From positions 1 through 64,000 of the forward strand of contig NIVC01000776.1 in assembly GCA_002269645.1 (NCBI GenBank): 64,000 nt of DNA, given 5' to 3'. The notes below the pieces were generated by a model. It did not search any database. It saw only the letters and a program-made list of their open reading frames with translations, and was not told where the DNA came from. Below are positions 60,301 to 64,000 of the stretch, piece by piece (within the stretch, counting starts at the first letter, position 1; the number at the start of each line of letters is the position of its first letter). Made by a program: the position numbers and the translations under genes. The stretch is from Macrostomum lignano (taxonomy: Eukaryota).

Positions 60301-63300
60301 CCATCTCCATAGAGTTAACAGAGAATTCCTTGTTCCGGATAATTCCCCATCCAGCAGAGAATTCCCTATCCCTGATAATTCCCCACCCAGCAGAGAATTC
60401 CCTGTCCCGGATAATTCCACACCCAGCCGATAATTCTCTGTCCCGGATAATTCCCCACCCAGCAGAGAATTCTCTGTCCCTGATAATTCCCCACCCAGCA
60501 GAGAATTCCCTGTCCCGGATAATTCCACACCCAGCCGATAATTCCCTGTCCCGGATAATTCCCCACCTAGCAAAATTCCCTGTCCCTGATACGCTCGCAA
60601 TTCCCCATCCAGCAGAGAATTCCCTGTCCCTGATAATTCCCCACCCAGCAGAGAATTCCCTGTCCCGGATAATTCCACACCCAGCCGATAATTCTCTGTC
60701 CCGGATAATTCCCCACCCAGCAGAGAATTCCCTGTCCCTGATAATTTCCCATCCAGCAGAGAATTCCCTGTCCCTGACAATTCCCCACCTAGCAAAATTT
60801 CCTGTCCCTGATACGCTCGCAATTCCCCATCCAGCAGAGAATTCTCTGTCCCTGATAATTCCCCACCCAGCAGAAAATTCCCTGTCCCTGATAATTCCCC
60901 ACCTAGCAAAATTCCCTGTCCCTGATACGCTCGCAATTCCCCATCCAGCAGAGAATTCCCTGTCCCTGATAATTCCCCACCTAGCAGAAAATTCCCTGTC
61001 CCGGATAATTCCCCATCCAGCAGAGTTAACCTGTCCCGGATAATTCCCCATCCAGCAGAGTTAACCTGTCCCGGATAATTCCCCATCCAGCAGAGTTAAC
61101 CTGTCCCGGATAATTCCCCTGGCAAGCTGCACTCACAGTCTCGTATGGCGGGCCCTGGAAAGCAATGGGGGCGCTCTCCTGCGCTCCCGGATACGGACTC
61201 TGCGGCGGGCTGATCCTGAACCTGTCCAGCACTTCGTCAAAGCTGCCCTCGAACTCCTGCAGCGAGGCGAAGGCGGTCATCGCGCCCATCCGCTGGCAGG
61301 GCGGCGGGAACAGACACACATCCAGCAGGGCCAGGTTCTCCCCGTAGGAGCTGGTGGTTGAGTAGGCCTGCAGGCTGGTGGCCGAGCCGATTCGTTTCAT
61401 GTGGCCGCCGTCGGCCTGGTGCCGGGAGCCCGTGGACGGCGAGCGCCGGTGGCCGGTGGCCGCTACAGTTCCGGCCTGGGCGAAGGCGGACTCGGCGCCA
61501 TTCGGCACCTCCTGAGAGTCGGTGAGCGACTCGTAGCTGTCGTTGACGGGCTGCTCGATGGAAGCGATGGAGAACCGCTTGGTTGGCGTCTTGTGCCTGG
61601 CGGGAGTGGCGGGAAAGATTTGTGTGCTGATTGCTCTACTTACAGTAGCTCCCTAGCATTTTAGCAACAAGTATTAAAGTTCAAAGGCATTAGTCGAGTT
61701 ATAGATTTAGACAGCATTCCGGTCACTCCTTTATCCCCATTTACCTTCTGTCTCACCCTCTCCTGCGTCTCACCCTTCCCTCGCGTGTCCGTCTCACCCT
61801 TCCCTCACGTGTCCGTCTCACCCTTCCCTCACGTGTCCGTCTCACTCTTCCCTCACGTGTCCGTCTCACCATTCCCTCACGTGTCCGTCTCACCCTTCCC
61901 TCACGTGTCAGTCTCACCATTTCCTCACGTGTCCGTCTCACCCTTCCCTCGCGTGTCCGTCTCACCATTCCCTCACGTGTCAGTCTCACCATTTCCTCAC
62001 GTGTCCGTCTCACCATTCCCTCACGTGTCAGTCTCACCATTTCCTCACGTGTCCGTCTCACCATTCCCTCACGTGTCAGTCTCACCATTTCCTCACGTGT
62101 CCGTCTCACCATTCCCTCACGTGTCCGTCTCACCATTCCCTCACGTGTCCGTCTCACCCTTCCCTCACGTGTCAGTCTCACCATTTCCTCACGTGTCCGT
62201 CTCACCCTTCCCTCGCGTGTCCGTCTCACCATTCCCTCACGTGTCAGTCTCACCATTTCCTCACGTGTCCGTCTCACCCTTCCCTCGCGTGTCCGTCTCA
62301 CCATTCCCTCACGTGTCCGTCTCACCCTTCCCTCGCGACCGTCTCGCCCTTTATTAATAATCTTATCTCTCATCCTCTGCTCCTCTCATTTCCCTCGCCG
62401 CCCTACTATCTCAGATCCCTCTTCTATCAAAACCTGTTATAAGTTAAATAAGCTCGTATTTTAAGCTCGTATCGGATGCAAGCTTAAATACGCAGAACTA
62501 TTTAATTAATAAGTAGTGTGACAAGAATGGAATAACAAGTTCTTTGGCCTGCCTTTAGAAGCAAACTGTTAGCCAGATGAAAAGATTACCGAATAACACA
62601 TTACTGCGGCATGAACTACATAGTGGGTTGAGCAGCAGCCGCTTATTATTTCCAAACGGAAACCTCAAATACTCCTATGAATAAGAGTTACCAACAGAAC
62701 AATTTTACGTACACTTGAGCGGACAGGCAACTCAATCTGAAAAATAATAGATTTTTATCCACTTTGTTTATTACTCCTTAAGCACTACTACTGCCCAGTA
62801 TAAGTAGCAAAGCATGTAAATAATAGCTTGCTTCCAGACTGCTCCAGTAGCATAGGCTCACCTATTGGGATGCGACGAGGGCAGCAGGAAGCGAAAGTCC
62901 AGCACGAACTTGTTGCAGGACCTCAGCACGGAGTGCTGCACGCAGGTCAGGTCGTAGGCAATGTAGGCCCGCCGGATGTACACCTCGCAGGCGGCGATGC
63001 GGACCAGCGGGTCGTGATGAAAGAAGAAGTCCGGGATGAGGTCGAATATCGAAGTCTCGGCCTGGATGAGCTGCTCCAGGTAGCTGGAGTTGCCGGAGGA
63101 GATGTAGGACAGGAAGAAGCTCTCCACCTGATTGTGCCGCAGCTCGTAGGCGGGCGTCTGCGAGTAGATGAGCAGCTGGCGGGCTTTGAGCACCACGCTG
63201 GCGTTGTCGGCGCGGCGCAGGGTGGTCAGGCGGATCAGCGCCTCCCTGAGATCGTCCAGCAGGGTCTTGTCGGACTGCACGAATTTCTCCAGCAGACAGA

Positions 63301-63775
63301 CGACCAGGCGGTTCTTGAAGGCCACCCGGCTGTGCGAGAACACGTAGTTGGCCACGGTGGCGCGGCTCTTCTTGAACTGCTCCAGCAGCTCGGCGATGCA
63401 CTTGTCGATGTGGCCGCTTTGGAAGTGGCGCTCGATCTCGTAGTAAGCGTCCAGCAGCTCCATCAGCGTGTTTGCCAGGTTGCCCCGGGAGCCGCGCCGG
63501 TAGTGCTTGAGCAGGCCGCTGATTGGCTGGATGTTCAGGTAGAAGGCCTGCTTGTCCCCAGGCATGCAGCCGCCGAATGCGTCAATGATGTGCTCAATCT
63601 CTGCGGCCGGGAATCTGGAGAGCACGCTGGTGATGTTGCTGGCGTATTTGGCCATCTGCTCTCGAATTCGCTGCTCCAGCAGGGTGGGGATGCGGCCGGA
63701 CACCTGCGACATCATCTCCTTGAGCTCGACTAGCGGCAGCGCCGGGTCCTTCAGCGATACCAGCAGCGTCTCCAC
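54312..63775 (-). CDS. ACACA: Acetyl-CoA carboxylase, central and carboxyltransferase domains (last 9 exons; the 5' part is beyond the window)
   Basis: Exons 63775-62862, 61596-61137, 60111-59920, 59594-58803, 58709-58306, 57762-57432, 56752-56192, 55701-55285, 54800-54312, all phase-consistent. Motifs [91 protein letters not shown]. Confidence 0.97.
54900..55265. repeat. ~20-nt CTTGACCCAATCTGCTCCAA array in the last ACC intron
   Basis: Tandem copies visible. Confidence 0.9.
55845..56135. repeat. 23-nt CAGCTACTGACACATACTCATAT array in an ACC intron
   Basis: About 12 near-perfect copies. Confidence 0.96.
56880..57270. repeat. 18-nt CAGTGACCCCAAATATTT array in an ACC intron
   Basis: Tandem copies; source of the SDPK and VTPN pseudo-ORFs. 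Confidence 0.93.
57759..58182 (-). repeat. 39-nt array that contains the ACC 3' splice site (11 acceptor copies)
   Basis: Minus-strand unit ..CACTCCCACCCTGCAG|GTAC recurs every 39 nt from 58149 to 57759. Confidence 0.96.
59640..59875. repeat. Degenerate 21-nt GGGTAGAATATAACCTCAGTA array in an ACC intron
   Basis: Tandem copies visible. Confidence 0.85.
60320..61120. repeat. ~33-35 nt CCTGTCCCGGATAATTCCCCA.. array in an ACC intron
   Basis: Tandem copies with variant blocks. Confidence 0.93.
61755..62345. repeat. 24-nt GTGTCCGTCTCACCATTCCCTCAC array in an ACC intron
   Basis: Tandem copies visible. Confidence 0.95.
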
Positions 63776-64000
63776 CTGAGTGCGTTCCAGTTTATCATTG
63801 CTATTTTCTTAATGCACTACTAAACAAGCATAGTGAGTAGTATTAAGGACAAGATATTAGAATAGAAAAAGTTTCTTAGCACATTTTTTATGCAGCAAAA
63901 TGGAAAGGCACTAAAGCAAATCAATCGGATCTATAGGGCTCTATCGCCCAGTAAGCGGCTCTATCGGGTATTAAGCGGTTATATCGGGTATTAAGCGGTT

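Overview
Eukaryotic (animal) genomic DNA with GC-rich exons, canonical GT-AG introns, AT-rich spacers and very many minisatellites. The style resembles a free-living flatworm such as Macrostomum, but that is inference only. Host genes I could assemble by hand from splice sites and reading frame: the 3' end of an anoctamin/TMEM16 gene (+, with an in-frame TAG), a small single-pass PPxY protein (-), an MTRES1-like S4 protein (-), a 170-aa neprilysin-like mini-protein (+), a complete 12-exon acid sphingomyelinase (+), a 4-exon DEG/ENaC channel (+), a SLIMP-like degenerate mitochondrial seryl-tRNA synthetase paralogue (+) and the 3' portion of acetyl-CoA carboxylase (-). Mobile elements: an intact Ty3/Gypsy (Mag-like) LTR retrotransposon with identical LTRs and a 5-bp TSD, a Ngaro-type tyrosine-recombinase retrotransposon with split direct repeats, and a MITE with an 8-bp TSD. 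Most interesting signals: (1) the Ngaro element appears to encode a -1 frameshift (Gag-Pol) and a splice that fuses the Gag N-terminus in frame to the ATG-less recombinase; (2) the mini-neprilysin keeps only the N- and C-terminal disulfide-stapled segments and lacks the catalytic core; (3) a SLIMP-like pseudo-enzyme; (4) intronic minisatellites built from amplified splice signals, giving 10-12 decoy splice sites each leading to a premature stop. Most long repetitive ORFs in the supplied track are artefacts of intronic tandem repeats. All family assignments come from motif recognition by eye; no database search was run.
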